From the NCBI RefSeq assembly GCF_009914755.1, contig NC_060925.1: DNA of 64,000 bases. One strand, 5' to 3'. Under the pieces are notes generated by a model. The model made no database searches. It saw only the letters and a list, made by a program, of their open reading frames with translations, and was not told where the DNA came from. Shown piece after piece: positions 42,971 through 56,740 of the stretch (its first letter is position 1; every line of letters begins with the position of its first letter). This DNA comes from the human T2T-CHM13v2.0 reference genome, Homo sapiens. The position numbers were made by a program, and so were the translations under genes.

Positions 42971-45139
42971 TATATTATTGGGAAATCCACTTAAAGTGCA
43001 TTGTTCAATTAGCTAAGTTAGAGAGATGAGAGATTTTAAAAAATCTGTTTTCTAATTAAAAAAATAAAAATACAGAAACTTATTGTAGGGAAAGAGGCTC
43101 AGCTATGCTGTCTGATGGTCACTCAGTCGAAAGATGCTCAATGGCCCCAGACCCTGCACATGCTGTCCTGGTCAAGGTGAGGAGGTGAGCAAACCGACTC
43201 TCAACACGGCCTCTGGACCAGGTTTGTTGGCCTTGGCCAAGACCCTCCTTTGGTGGGTCCTGTGGATCCCCTAGTCAGTGTTCTGCCTCCTTACAGACTT
43301 CCTGGGAGAAAAAGACTTACTTTCCAGGGGGATAATGTTGGGTTTGAAATCCCAACTCTGTTCCTTGCAGGTGCATGTTCAGATTACTTCACTGCTCCAG
43401 CTCTGGTTTCCTCATCTGTTAAACAGGGCTAACAGCTACTTCACAGAACTATGAAGATTAAATTAAATGTGTGATGAGACAGCACGTGTGAAAGCCTTAC
43501 AAACATTAGCGACTAAGCATACAACTAAATTTATTTTCACTGGGGTGTGAATGCCCATTAGGATTTACCCTCCAAGGATATCTGCAAACAAATGATGCTC
43601 AAATTAGTGGGATGTGTATGTGGCATCAGAAGTTAAGGAATCCTGAAAATTCCTCCAGCTGGCTGGAAGGACTGGAGCCACACCTGCCACCCTTCTGCAA
43701 GGCATGTCCTGCCATAGTGTCCCAGCTGGCTTTCCCTGAACTCTCTTAAGTATTTTGCCTTAAGCAGCCCTGGGCAGCAATGAAAGGGTGTTTCCTGGGA
43801 CAGAAGGGAGGCTGAACAGGCATAGGAGATGGGCCAGTGTGCAGATGGGTGTACCTCTGAGACCAACAGGCCTCTATTCAGCTCTCTCCTCAGTGGGGAA
43901 TGGAGAACAGAAGAAGATGCCATCTTCGCAGGGGCAGTGTCAGGGTCCAAACTGGTGAAAACCAGTGAAGGTCAAACACAGGTCAAAAGAAAGCAGCCCA
44001 TCAGAACCCTTAGCACTGCCCACCACATTAGGGCCCACTAACCTGAAGACACCTGTTAGACATGCAAATCCTTTACAAAACAAGACATGGGACAATAAAT
44101 AAATCACATAGACACCAATTATCCTTCCACTGTTCAGCCAAAGGCCTCCTCTGTGCACACTCTATGCTGGGCACACCTTTGGGTGCATGATGATAAAAAT
44201 ACATTTCCATTGCACATTCGAATTTTTGAGGTGCTAACACATGCATGATCCAACTAAATTCTTGACACAAACCTGTGCAGAACATAGGCTAATGCCCATT
44301 TAGAGGTTGGAAAACTGAGGCTCAGGGAAGGAGGGTGCCCTGGGTCATAGTTATTAAATGACAAGAGCTTGTGCTGAAGCCGACTGGTTCATTCATTCAT
44401 TCATAAAATGGTTCAAATTTTTCAGAATTAATTTTGATCCAGTTTGGAATAGATGTGCCACCTTTTGGAAAGACTGGCATTTAGAAAGTTCTGTGTGAAT
44501 ACTGAATACTACACTTCCCCCCAGGAAGGGGTTTATAATAGAGACAAATTCTCCAGAACCAATTTTCAAGGAGAAAAGAAGAAATGCACTGCAAGCAAGA
44601 AAACTGGGTGTCTGGGAAGGTTTCCAGCCAGGAGATTTCCAGCAGGACTTGAAAAGACTTGGTCCATCCTGCATTAGAACAGATAGTGGGAGTAGGGAGG
44701 AGGTGGCCTTTACTCATTCCTCCCTGTGCTAGTTACCTCAGAGGACACGGGAGGGGAAGATGAGGAGCCTTCCCAGAAGAGAATACCAATGTGGAATCTT
44801 TACTTTAAAAGAGACAACAATATAGCATATTTTTTTGTTGTTGTTCTCTTTTTCCTTCCCAAACTCAGAAACCATGGCCACCCTGGCAAACAGCTTAGAG
44901 TTAGACTACATCTGATGCATGTGTATCCTGGGGCCTCCTCACTCCCAGGGAGATAGTCTGGTCTTCTGGAACAAGTTCCCTTTAGCCTTCTCCATTGATA
45001 GCATAGAGGTGGTGATTCTCAAATTTTAGAGGGGAAAGGGTGAGAGAGTTTTGGGAGGAGCATGTGGTATGACTGTCCTCTCAAGATGTGACAGAGAACA
45101 CCTTTGGCTGCCTGAACATGAAACAGCATGGTTTGTTCG

Positions 45140-45570
45140 TTCATCTGACAAAAGTCTACTGAGTGCCAGAGACCGCTCCAAGCTCTGGGCTCACAGCAGT
45201 AAACGAAACAAAGCTCCCACTTCTCAGGGAGCTTACATACTGGCCGGAGAAAGAGACGATACACAAACAAGATAAAGGTAATGAGAGATGGGGCTGCTTT
45301 TTAAGACAGAAGGCAGAGATGGCCTCTTTGAGAATGTTGTCACATTGTCATTTTAAGCAAACACCCAAATGGAGCGAGGGAGAGCATGCATGGTTATCTG
45401 GAGGCAGAGTGTTCCAGGCAGAGGGGACAAGCAAGGGCAAAGGCCCTGGGGTGACCAGAGAGTGCTTTGTGCATCTGAGCTCCACTTGGGAAGGTAGGTA
45501 GGGGTGAGGTCAAAGAGGTAGCAGCCCAGTGGTGGGACAGATCCTATGGGCCCTGGAAGCCATGCTGAGA
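45140..45570 (-). repeat. L2 fragment (reverse)
   Basis: cagagtgttccaggcagaggggacaagcaagggcaaaggccctgggg. Confidence 0.65.
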
Positions 45571-48546
45571 GGACCCTGGGTACTTATTGTGCAGCATCTG
45601 TGTGCCGGGGATGTCCTAGGGCCTGAGGGCAGAGAAAAACATGTCATGATCCCTACCTTCGCCGGGGCAGCTTATGATCTATCAAAGGTTGACAAAGAAG
45701 GAGGTGAGTCCAGGACACCGTTGTAAGTGCTGAAAGGCATTTGGAGCGGCTGAGGGCTCAAGAAAGGGCTTCCAGAGGAGATGACACCAAAGCTGGAAGG
45801 AACAGTTGTGAAATAAGCCAGAAGTCAGCTATGTTCTGGAGCCACTTTTGCCCATTTCCCATCTCAGTCAAATCCTTGGATCTTTCTGAACTTCAACTTC
45901 CTTGTGTAAGAAATGGAAATAACAATACCTGTTCTCTAAACAGAAAACAAGGTCAAAGGTGTGAAGGTCTTTTCAAGACTGTAATGTTCTAGAGAGATGT
46001 AAAATACTCCTACTATCTCACCACAGTGCTTTCTCTTCCTACAGACCTGTGACTGTGTGTGAGTGCACACAGCTAAGTGCATAGGCCCCTAGCACCTCTC
46101 CTTGCACCCAGCAAAGCTGGTCAGTTTGTAAAGCCAGGCTTCTTGGCCCAAGGCCTGGTTGCATTCTGCAGCTTTCATGTGTCCTGTGGCTCTTGGTGGG
46201 GCTGCTGGAGACAACATCCCTGTGGCATTTTCTCCGCTGTTTAACTGGGATTGCTCAGACATGTGTGCAGACTCCTGTTGGCTTCTGGGCTCTTCATTCT
46301 CTCTGACCAGAACCAGAGATGGGATCCTGCCCCTGCTTTCCAGGCCCCAGAGAAGAGGTGGCCACTAGGCTGCAGGTGCTTGGTCACCCTGCATTGCTGT
46401 TTGTCTGTATTCAGGAGGGGGATGCTGTTCCCACATAGGCCAGGTTTGGCTCTGTCCAGGGCAACATTTCTCCGTAGTGATAGGCGCTCAGCCAGGGAAA
46501 GAGAAGCGTCTGCCCTCTCTATCAAGAAGGTACTTTGGGGGAGTAAATTTCCATCAGCAGATTGGCAAGGTTATGGTTTAAAATCAAACAACCCCCAACA
46601 ACGAAAGCCAGATTGCAGCATGATCCACCTGCCCTCTCTGGGGTTAAAAAGTTCTTTTTCTCTAGGACCCTTCAGAAAGAAGAGTCTATTTTCACCAACC
46701 CCGAGGCTTTAATGTATTTCATCTTCCAGTGTATTTTTTCCAATTGGAGTTGTCCTACAGTAATCTTACCCTCTTCAGCTGAAAAATCCCCTTTCGACTT
46801 ATGGGAAAACACTGGCTGGGTTCAAGTGTTGGCTCTGCTCTGTGACCTTGAGCATCCCTTTGGCCTCAACAACTATCTGTAAAATGGGAGAATTAAGAAC
46901 AGGTGAATCTTAAGGTTCCTTCCAGCTCCAGCCTTCTAGGATCCCATGACGCTTTGTCTCTAATGGCAGCACCCTGCCATCTGTCTTGGCTAAGGGGTCA
47001 CCACATCCCTTGATGTTGACCTTGACTTCTGCCTTTTAAAGTAATAAATGAAACCTATAAATGCTAAATAAAATATGTGGTATTCTCCTACTTTGACAAC
47101 TATATCCTCATATCTGGAAGACCAAATTCAAATTTAGAATTTTCAGACCCCCCAGAACTCTGTGTTGCACTATGGTCTCTTTCTGCTGTTTTCCCCCTTA
47201 GTTTAAGGAGACATATGATCTCCCTGAGTAGAATTCTGGTTGAATTCCAGTAGAATTCAAGAATCCTACTCAACAATCCCTGAGTAGGATACTTATCTAT
47301 TTTGCATTTTGTATCTTGTGGGACATGTAGTTTGCTGTTGCTGTAAATACAACAGCAGACTAACAGACTTCCAAATAGCACACTTTTTCTCTTTTTTTCT
47401 TTTATTATTATTTTTTTTTGTAAGGGGATGAGTATCAGTTGTGAGGCACATTTTCCTTTCTTAATTTAGACAACCAGCTTTTAGTCTTAGCACCCCATAT
47501 CACATTTCCTCATCAGCAGAAGCTGCTATTTCTCCTATCCATTAATTCCCATGTGAAAAGTGCAGCTTCTAGGGGCCCCATTTCTTTGCAGTCTTAATGG
47601 CACTTATTTTTCTATGGATATGTGCTTTGTTAGCATAGGTTTCCATCAAGAAGGTAGTTAGTTGTTTTATTCAAGGCAGGAATGGCAGACCTATGGGTTT
47701 TATAGGTACATGGAAGGCACTGGAGGTCTCACTGGTCTGAAAGAATGCACTTAAAATATCTAAAGGGTTATGGTATATTCTAAACCTTTTTCCTAAATGA
47801 ATTGGGACCTAGGGGCTGGACACAGCAGGGCTTCTGGGTGTCTGGGAAGAGCACAGAGGTTGAGTCAAGCGGGTTCTAAAAGACAGAGTCAGGAGCACAG
47901 CTGGAATGGAAAGCCAAGCAGACAGTCCCACAGAATTGCTCACCTTAAAAATCTGGGCAAGGGTGAGCAAACCCGACATGACGCAATTGGGAGGGGCGGG
48001 GGTGATGGGCCCAGAGTCAGGTTCAGACTGGAGGGAAGGAGGCAGAACTGAGGTGGTCCTTTGAAGCAAACCTCATGGACTCTGTAAGAGAACCACAGCT
48101 CCACTCCTGGAGACAAAGCTAGAAAGAAAATGTGGAATGAAGGAGCAGGCATAACTAGGACCACTGGGAGAAAGTTACACGGAAGCAGATTCTGCCTTCA
48201 CTAAGAACCTGCTCACAGACAGGAGCTTGGATGGAGTGGGTTGCCTCCTTAGATGACAGGCTCTTTGCAGAATACAGATAACCAGGAGTTAGGAACTTGT
48301 CGAGGAGCTTTCAGCATGAAGGGTGCCGTGGGACTCTATGATTGCTAAAATCTCTTTGGGCTCTAAGGGTCTGAAATCCCATGAGATTTTAAAAAAGTCT
48401 ATACCAAGATACCTATCTAATGTATAGTTTCAGTTAATCACATAGCAAATAAAAGAACCAATAATTTCACACACTAATAGGTTTTGTCTTCATAAGATAA
48501 AACATATAGCTTTATTGCTAGAAATAACCTTATGTGTCATTTAATC

Positions 48547-48758
48547 CAGCACTTGACAAACTATGGCCTACTGCTTGTTTTTATATTAATAAATGAAGTT
48601 TTATTCAAACACAGCCATGCTCATTCATTTATATATTCTCTTTGACTGTTTTCGGGCTATCACGGCAGAGCTGAGTGGTTGCAAAAGAGACCTTACAGCT
48701 CACTAAGCCTAAGATACTTATTCTCTGGCCCTTCAGAGAAAATGTTTGCAACCCTTTG
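48547..48758. mobile_element. MER58A-like hAT-Charlie MITE
   Basis: caaactatggcc...aagttttattcaaacacagccatgctcattcattta...tggcccttcagagaaaatgtttgc; degenerate 8-bp TSD atttaatc/atgcaatc. Confidence 0.8.
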
Positions 48759-50159
48759 ATGCAATCTAACCCTCCATTATACAGATAAGAAAACTGAGGC
48801 CTTCAAAGTAAAGGGCTTACTTCGAGGGAGCTAGGTGGTGACTGAGTTGTGGCAAGAACCATGACACATGACACCCAGGCCTTTGTTTCTCCACTTCTGC
48901 TCCCAATGTCCCATCCCCAGCTCCTCTGCTGATGTGCACCTCTTCACGCCATTCCATTTTGTCATTTTGCAGACACCAGGACAGAGGGGCAGAGGTGAAG
49001 TGACTGGCCCAGGGTCACTACGCCTGTCTGCTGGCCACAGGACAGGCCTCACACTTCCAAGTTCTGATCCTACAGAACCGGCTTCAAACTGCTACTCCAA
49101 GTAGGAGTAGGAGAGAGAGAGAGAGGAGTGGAAGGCAGAGAGAGCTTCTAAGAGCTTTGAAGACAAGAACTCATTTGGCTCCCCAAGTCTCTCTCAGCAT
49201 TAGCGTTCACCTTCTGTTTTCCAACAAAAGGACACATTTACAACTGTCTCGAGTTCAACTTGAAAACCCTTTTCACAGGTTTCCAGGGAAATTACTCCAA
49301 GCAGCCCTGTTGGACTAAAATGATTTTAACACACCCAGTTGTCTTCAATTCCTTCAGTGGCATCTGCTACAAACACCAAAACATATGAGTACCTGATATT
49401 TACCTTTCTTTGACATGAGTGATTCCAAAGGAGACGACGCACATGGTAAAAAACAAGCCCTATCTACCCACAATCACATTTAAAGAACAAACAGCCAATC
49501 TGAGGCCCACATCGGGCCTCCGCTTTCTGTGTGGGAGATTTCCCAGAGCGACAAGAATCAATCAGCCCATTAGCATGCTCTACATTTGTCCAGGAGAGTA
49601 TCAGTTGAAAGCCGACCCCACTTTAACCCTTCTTCCAGCTGCCTCCCTAAGAGAGCTGTTTTCCTCCTCTTTGCCATTTACAAGCCTTTACAGTTTCTGC
49701 ATTTCCACTTCTATTACACATCTCTCTTGGACAGACAGGAATGAATATTCATCCAAGAGATTAAAGCGCATCAGCAGTTCTAACATAAGTGGTCAAAAGA
49801 ATAAAGGACGTGTGTCGTAAGTGGCCACACGAGACTCCCTGAAGCCTTGCCAAGGCAATACACTGAACATGTGCATGGTTCTCCAGGCCCACAGAGCTTC
49901 TGCCCAGCTCAGACACACGCCTGAATTTCAAGGGTGACATTTCCAGCCACAAGAGGGAAGCTAAGCATGAAAGAGAAGATGCGCCAAGAGAGGCAGCTCT
50001 GTTTGGGGCTCAGCCTGTGGATCTACTGTTCCTTGTGCCTCTGAATTCAGCCCACTCCCTCCCATAAAGTCAGCTCCTCACAGCTGAAAGGTGAAAACCA
50101 GCAAGGATTATGTGAGGCATTGGGTGGGCTGCCGAGAATCAAAGATAAATAAAGTCCTT

Positions 50160-50400
50160 GTCTTTACATTTATTGAGAATCTATCTGTGCCAGGTGCTGT
50201 GCTGGGGGCTTTACATATGCCATTTCTTTAAATCCTCACACAGCCATAAGGTCAGCATTATTTTCCTCATTTTATACACATAGTACCCTCAACTCAAGAG
50301 AAGTTAAGTAACTGGTCCAAAGGCACACAGCAAGTTAGTGGTGGAGCCAGGCATTCAAACTCACATGTGTGCCTGTGTGCTTTCCATCACACTGCACCAT
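50160..50400 (-). repeat. MIR
   Basis: catttattgag...gtgccaggtgctgtgctgggggctttaca...agaagttaagtaact...gagccaggcattcaaac. Confidence 0.75.
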
Positions 50401-51079
50401 ATCCAAAGCCTGGAGGCTTTCTTTCATCACAGTTGCGGGCTGACCGTGCCACGCCTACTTAGCAGGGTGCCCAGCAACTGCGGGAACATGGGTCGAGGCT
50501 CAGGTGCATTCAGTGTGCTGTATATCATGTTGAAACGAGAGCATGGTGAGCTGAAGATCATTTGGAGAGCAAAGGCAGAAGAGTGAAATGAGAGAAGAAC
50601 AAACCCAATTTGTGTGGAAATACAAGATGTACAGACAACAGTGCTCATTTGGATAACAGGGGTCCTAAAGAGGGGTCCCTGCGGACGACTGCAAGGGAGG
50701 CTGAATATAGCAAAAACACAAGCTTCCAGCAGAATCTGAAGTGAGGTGGGTGGATGAAAACAGGAGGAGCTAAGGGCTGTCCCCAAGAGCAGGAGCACGT
50801 GGTGAGCAGAGGACATCCACGGTGAACTCACAGTTAACCAGGGGCAATGGATAAATGCGCTAGGCAGGAGACTCCAGAACCCTGGCCATATCCGCCAACA
50901 CCATTTGTCTTGTTCTTTACAGCTAAGTTTCCAACACTTTCCCCTTCATCCACTTGGCCAAAGTGGAGAAGTGTGAACATAAGTCAATACAGTAACACTA
51001 TCACTTCTGGATGTTGTCACCAGAGCTTCAACTCAGAGTGACCTTTCTTGATCTCATTCTTTACTAGCAAGATTATTGT

Positions 51080-51640
51080 CACCAGGTGCACTCTTTAAAT
51101 TTGTAGAGCCTCGGGCAATTTTTTTTAAAAGCCCGCTTATCATATGACTAAATATTTAAAAGTTACAAATCAAGCCTACAAATGCTAAATCAAAGACATG
51201 TTGCACTATGGTGGCAAGGGATGGAACACACATCGGTGTGGACACCATCAAGGTCCACAAGGGGCCACATGCATATGGTCCTGGGGACTTCAGCATCCCA
51301 CCACAGGTGTGTAGCTGTGGTGGGATACTGAGGTCCTCAGGACCAGGCTCTGTCTACACCCTCACCTCGGTCACTCTTGGACCCCTGAGGGTTCACAGGG
51401 TAGTGGAGCCCACCCTGAGGAAGCAGACCCAGGGAAAGTGTCCACACAGGTTCTGGGAGCTCTATACTGTCTAAGCAGGGAATTCCAAGGTCCTGGCTGC
51501 CACTGAAGAATGGTCTAGAAGGAAGGGTATGGGTCTGTGTTCTTGGCCCTTCAGAGCTCCATACCCTGTGGAAAGGGACTTAAGAAAGGGCCAGAGCAGG
51601 GCCCTCTAAAGCATGGGTCCCAGGGCAAGGGGCTCTGAGT
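51080..51640. mobile_element. hAT-Tip100 DNA transposon (MER115-like), opposite orientation to the 8.9-9.9 kb copy
   Basis: catatgactaaatatttaaaagttacaaatcaagc; reverse-complement similarity to 9250-9830. Confidence 0.45.
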
Positions 51641-51689
51641 GGTAATGACCTTTGATAGCCCCATGTACCAATAATGCCTCTAATAATTA

Positions 51690-51890
51690 GCACCATGTGC
51701 CAAGGTTTAGCTGTCCCAAGCATTTTACATGTGCTAACTTGTTTAATCCTCCTAACAACTCTATGAGGTAGGTACTATTACTACCGTCATTCTATAGATG
51801 AGGAACCTGAGACAGAGAGCAGGTAAGCAACTTGCCCAAAGTCGTAAGTGATGGAGCCAGGTCATCTGGCTGCAGGTCCTCACTCCTACT
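51690..51890 (-). repeat. MIR
   Basis: tttaatcctcctaacaactctatgaggtaggtactatta...gatgaggaacctgagacagagag. Confidence 0.8.
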
Positions 51891-53614
51891 GACTACATCA
51901 TATCCCCTGTACACACAGCAGGGCCCACCTTTGAGGCACATACTGGCTTACAGGGCAGCCTCCCACAGCTCAGCCCTGAAGGCAACTCCCAACCAGGCAC
52001 TACGGAGCACCCATTGTGTACTCATGGCCTATATTCATGAACATTTGGGACAACTCTTCATCACATCACCACACCTCTGACTGCTTTTCGGAATCACAGA
52101 TTAATTCCCAGATCTGTCCAGTAGGTTTGCTGAAGCACCATTTTGGAAAGTTGGAAGTGAGTCAGGAGATGGCTTTTTTTCCTTGCCTTAGCCAGGATAA
52201 GGAATGAAATCATCCCTAGGGGAGGAGATAAGCATAGTCTGAGGGCATCGGTGGTTTGATGCCACAGCTGATAATCAGGAGAAGGCTGCTCTGCCCAGGG
52301 CACAGATCAGCCTGAAAGCAGGAGAGATGGAAAACACCCCAGATGAGTGGGGTTTCTAACAGCCAGTGATGATAGCTGCCCTTGAATTGGGAGAAAGTAC
52401 AAGCCAAAGAAAAGAGATCTCAGTTCTCTTGAAAGCTTAAGCCACCTCTATCTAAATTGGGTAACTAATCAAATGCCAAGGAAACACCATCAGTTTGATA
52501 TTTATACATGTTTATAAAGCTTATTATCCAACATTATATAAGCCAACTCATATCTCAGATATTAATAGGCCTCAGAATAGAGATTTGCTACAACCTACTC
52601 ACAAATGCTTAAAGAAATCTTTCCAAATGTGGAAAGGGCATTGTGTGAATCACCCTGAATCTGGGTTCAAATCCTCATTCTCTCTCTTAGCATCTGTGTG
52701 TCGTTCTATATGTTATTTGATCTCTCTGAACCTTGGCTTCTTAGCTGCCAAATGGGGATGGAAAATATCTAACAGGATTATTGCGAGAATTCAATGAAAT
52801 AACATGTAAATGTTCTGGTATATAAAATATGCTTTAAAAATGTTATTTTTCCCCCTTCTTTGGCCATTTCCACCTTCTCCTCCTCCCTCCTGGAAGCCTC
52901 TGTTTTCAGGTTATCTTTAGGATCCCATAGAGTGGATTATTCACAGCTATCTGAGGCCCCTCTTTTATATGAGGGAAACGTGGTCCGGCTGAGAGCTCCA
53001 GGACGAAGGTATAAACACAGCAGAGGGCAGAGCCTGATTTCAATCAGGGGCTACTCTAAGAAAGGCAGGAAACTAGATAAATACATTTAAAAGAAATTCC
53101 TCAGTGGCAGGGACAGCAGAGCAGCAGGGGGTAGATCCCAGCACGGACAGGTAACAGTGTGATGTGGCAGAAAGGCTTTGGTTGCAAGTGGAGAACAGAT
53201 GTCTCTGGCTGCCTCTGGCAGCTGCCTCCTTCTGGGCCTTGACTTTTCAAAGCCAGGCCAGGCCTCCCCCACCCTGGACCACCTGTAGCTGGTTCAGAAG
53301 GCCCCAGGCTGGGCTTCATAGATGAAGACACAGCTGACTCAGTCTCTGGCTCTGTCGGCTCTTGGCCACCTTGCCGCTCCCATAACGGTGTTTCTCAGGT
53401 CAACCCCTCTTCTCCATTCCTACTTCAATGACCTCAGGTCAGGCCCTTGCCACTTCTCTCCTGGACAAAGATGACAGCCCTTCACTGGTATCCTCGTCTC
53501 CAACCTAATTTATCCTCCACAGTGCTGTCAGAGTGACATCTCTAAAACACACAACGACCCCAATTTAATATTCTTCAATGGCTTCTGAGGATGAAATCCA
53601 AGCTCCTTAGTCTA

Positions 53615-54050
53615 CTAGTCAGGACTTTTTCATTTGCAAATATCAGAAACCAACTTGAAGAAGCTCAGATTAATAAACAATGAAAGGATTTATTGGTAGG
53701 ATACTGGGAAAGTTCCTAGCAGAAAAGAACCATAAGAACTGGGCAGTTCCTGGGATCTCAGGGGTCAGGACAGGGGCCTTCTCCATGGGGTGAGGAAGAG
53801 GTGTTTAGAGACCCACAACCACACTCCTCCAGCAACACACCATGAGGGGCAAGCTGAATTCTTCCACCCCAGCTCCAGCAAAAATCCTGGGCAAACATTA
53901 TGATCGGCCAGCTTGGGTCGCATGCCCATCGCTTGATAATTATTGCGGCCAGTAGAATGGGGAATGTGATTGGTACCCAGGTCCCAGGCCCAGGCCTAGT
54001 CCAAAGTGGGAAGAGGAGTGGGATCTGGGCTGCAGAAGCCAGGAGAAGGT
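53615..54050. mobile_element. Old MaLR LTR fragment (MLT1-type)
   Basis: tagtcaggac...tgcaaatatcagaaaccaact...aaggatttattgg and gattggcc-like/cttgggtcgcatgccc motifs; approximate. Confidence 0.5.
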
Positions 54051-54424
54051 GCTGAACTGATGAGGACAAAAGCCCCTCATGATCTGACCCTGCTTTGGCC
54101 TCATCACTCACTATGCCCCACCCCGAGGCTGCCACCATAGCAAAACCAATCTCCTTGTAGTTTCCAGCACACACCAGTCTGCTTTATGCTTCTATGTCTG
54201 GCTCATGGGTTTCAACACCCTTTTCCTGGAACATCTTTTGCACCTTCTTTGGTTGGGTAATGCAGTCATCCTTCCACATTCAATTCACAGTTGCTTCTCC
54301 CCAGAATCCTTCCCAGAGCTCTTAGACTAGATTGCTTCTTTTTGGGCTCTCAGCACACCTGTGTGTCTTTATTGTAGTTACTACAGAATAACACTAAACA
54401 ATGATGATAACAACAAAAACAAAC

Positions 54425-54655
54425 ACACGTAGCACTTACTATATGCCAGGCACTGTTCTAGGCATTTGGTATATTTTAATTCACTTGCTCCCATAACAAC
54501 CCTATGAGGTGGGTACTACTAATAGCAAGTGGAGCTTGCTTTATTGAAGCAAGGAAACTGAGGCACAGATAATTTATATCACTTGCCTGAGATCACAGAG
54601 TTATAAGTAGCAGAGCCAAGTTCAAACCCAGGAAGTGTAGCTCTGAGTTCTGCTT
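54425..54655 (-). repeat. MIR
   Basis: agcacttactatatgccaggcactgttcta...aacaaccctatgaggtgggtact...ggaaactgaggcacaga. Confidence 0.8.
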
Positions 54656-55617
54656 TAGAAATAATTTAACAGGCTTCAGTCTACCTGGCTAGGCTGTGAG
54701 CCCTCCAGGGCAGATACTGTGACAGCCATCCTTGCACTGCTGGTATTGGCTGAGTCCTTCATGAAATACTGTCTGACAGAACTGAACGGAACCTCCTCTG
54801 TTGGGCAGCAGCAGGAGGAAGAGAGAAGTAGAAAAGGCCACTTGGGCCCTTGGAAGCGGGATCATAGAGGGCTGTGGAAGGAATGGAGTCACTGGAGTCA
54901 GTCCCAGGTTGGCTGCATCCTGGCAGACCTGGTGTGGGAGAAGGGACACAGACACCCAGCAAGCTGGTCAGTACCCTACACCCACCAGGTCACCTCTGAG
55001 AAATGTCTCTTCCCAACTCAGCTATACTTTCTCTCTCCAACTTGTTTCCTATTCTTTAAGCAAATTTGGCTTCTCCTATGGTCAACTGAGACCTGCCAGC
55101 ACTGAGCTCTCATAATTGCAGTACTTTTCCATGCATAACTTGATAAGGCCTATGTTGGGGTATGCAGGTTCTGGAGTGGTTTTCATTCAGAGCTGATTTT
55201 CACCCATTAACTAAATTGAGCTAATCCCTCAGTTTAGCTTCTTTTTCCTATGGTTGTGGGACCAAGCGCCAGGCAGGTCTCTGACTCACTGTCTTTCCTT
55301 AAATAAGCCATTGGATGCCCCCTGACTCGGTTTCTCCAGTTGCATATTGAGGCTGAGTCTAACAACCTGCCTCAATGGGCCTCGGAGCTCAGTATGAGGG
55401 CCTATTTGTCTCCACTGGGAAAGCTAGTGGTAAGAGGGAGGGACTGCAATCATTATGGCCAGTCATTAAACACGGTCCATCTTCCCTGCCAGTGGGACCT
55501 GAAACTTAACTACAACCTGACAGCAAATTTATCAATGTCAAAGTCAGATATGATGAGAGAAGCCTTTTATTGAGTCCTTCCTATGGGTCAGGCATTGAGC
55601 TAAACTATTAACAAATA

Positions 55618-56265
<648 letters not shown>

Positions 56266-56309
56266 TCCTAATTTAATCTTCACAAGTCTGTGTTAATCCT
56301 TTTGACAGT

Positions 56310-56740
56310 TATGATTAAGTACCTGTAGATGCCAGGATCTATATTGGACACTTGGGAAACAGCAGTGAATAAAACAAAGATCTCTGACTTGTATATGGAC
56401 AAGCAATAAACACAATAAACGAGTAGTAAACTACAAGGTAAACCATGTAGTAGGTTAGGGAGAAATAGTATGGATGAAATAGTAGAGCAGGTAAAAGAGA
56501 CTGGGAGTGCCAGGGAATGGTCCAGGTAGGCCTCACTGAGAAGACGATAACTGAGCAAAAATTTGATGGAGGTGAGGGAGTTGGCCATCTGGGGGAGGGG
56601 CATTCTGGGCAAAGGTCTAAAAGTGAGAGCATGCTGGGGTGCTCAGGGAGTGGTAAGAGGGCACGTGAGGCTGGGAAGGAGTGATGATGGAGAAGATGAG
56701 GATGACAGACAATGAGGGGCCACATCATATGGGGTGTAAT
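56310..56740 (-). repeat. L2 fragment (reverse)
   Basis: acagcagtgaataaaacaaa...aggcctcactgagaag...cattctgggcaaagg. Confidence 0.7.

Noticed and set aside
53135-53155. REST/NRSE-like cagcacggacag
   Set aside because: The half sites lack the canonical spacing and the left half is incomplete.
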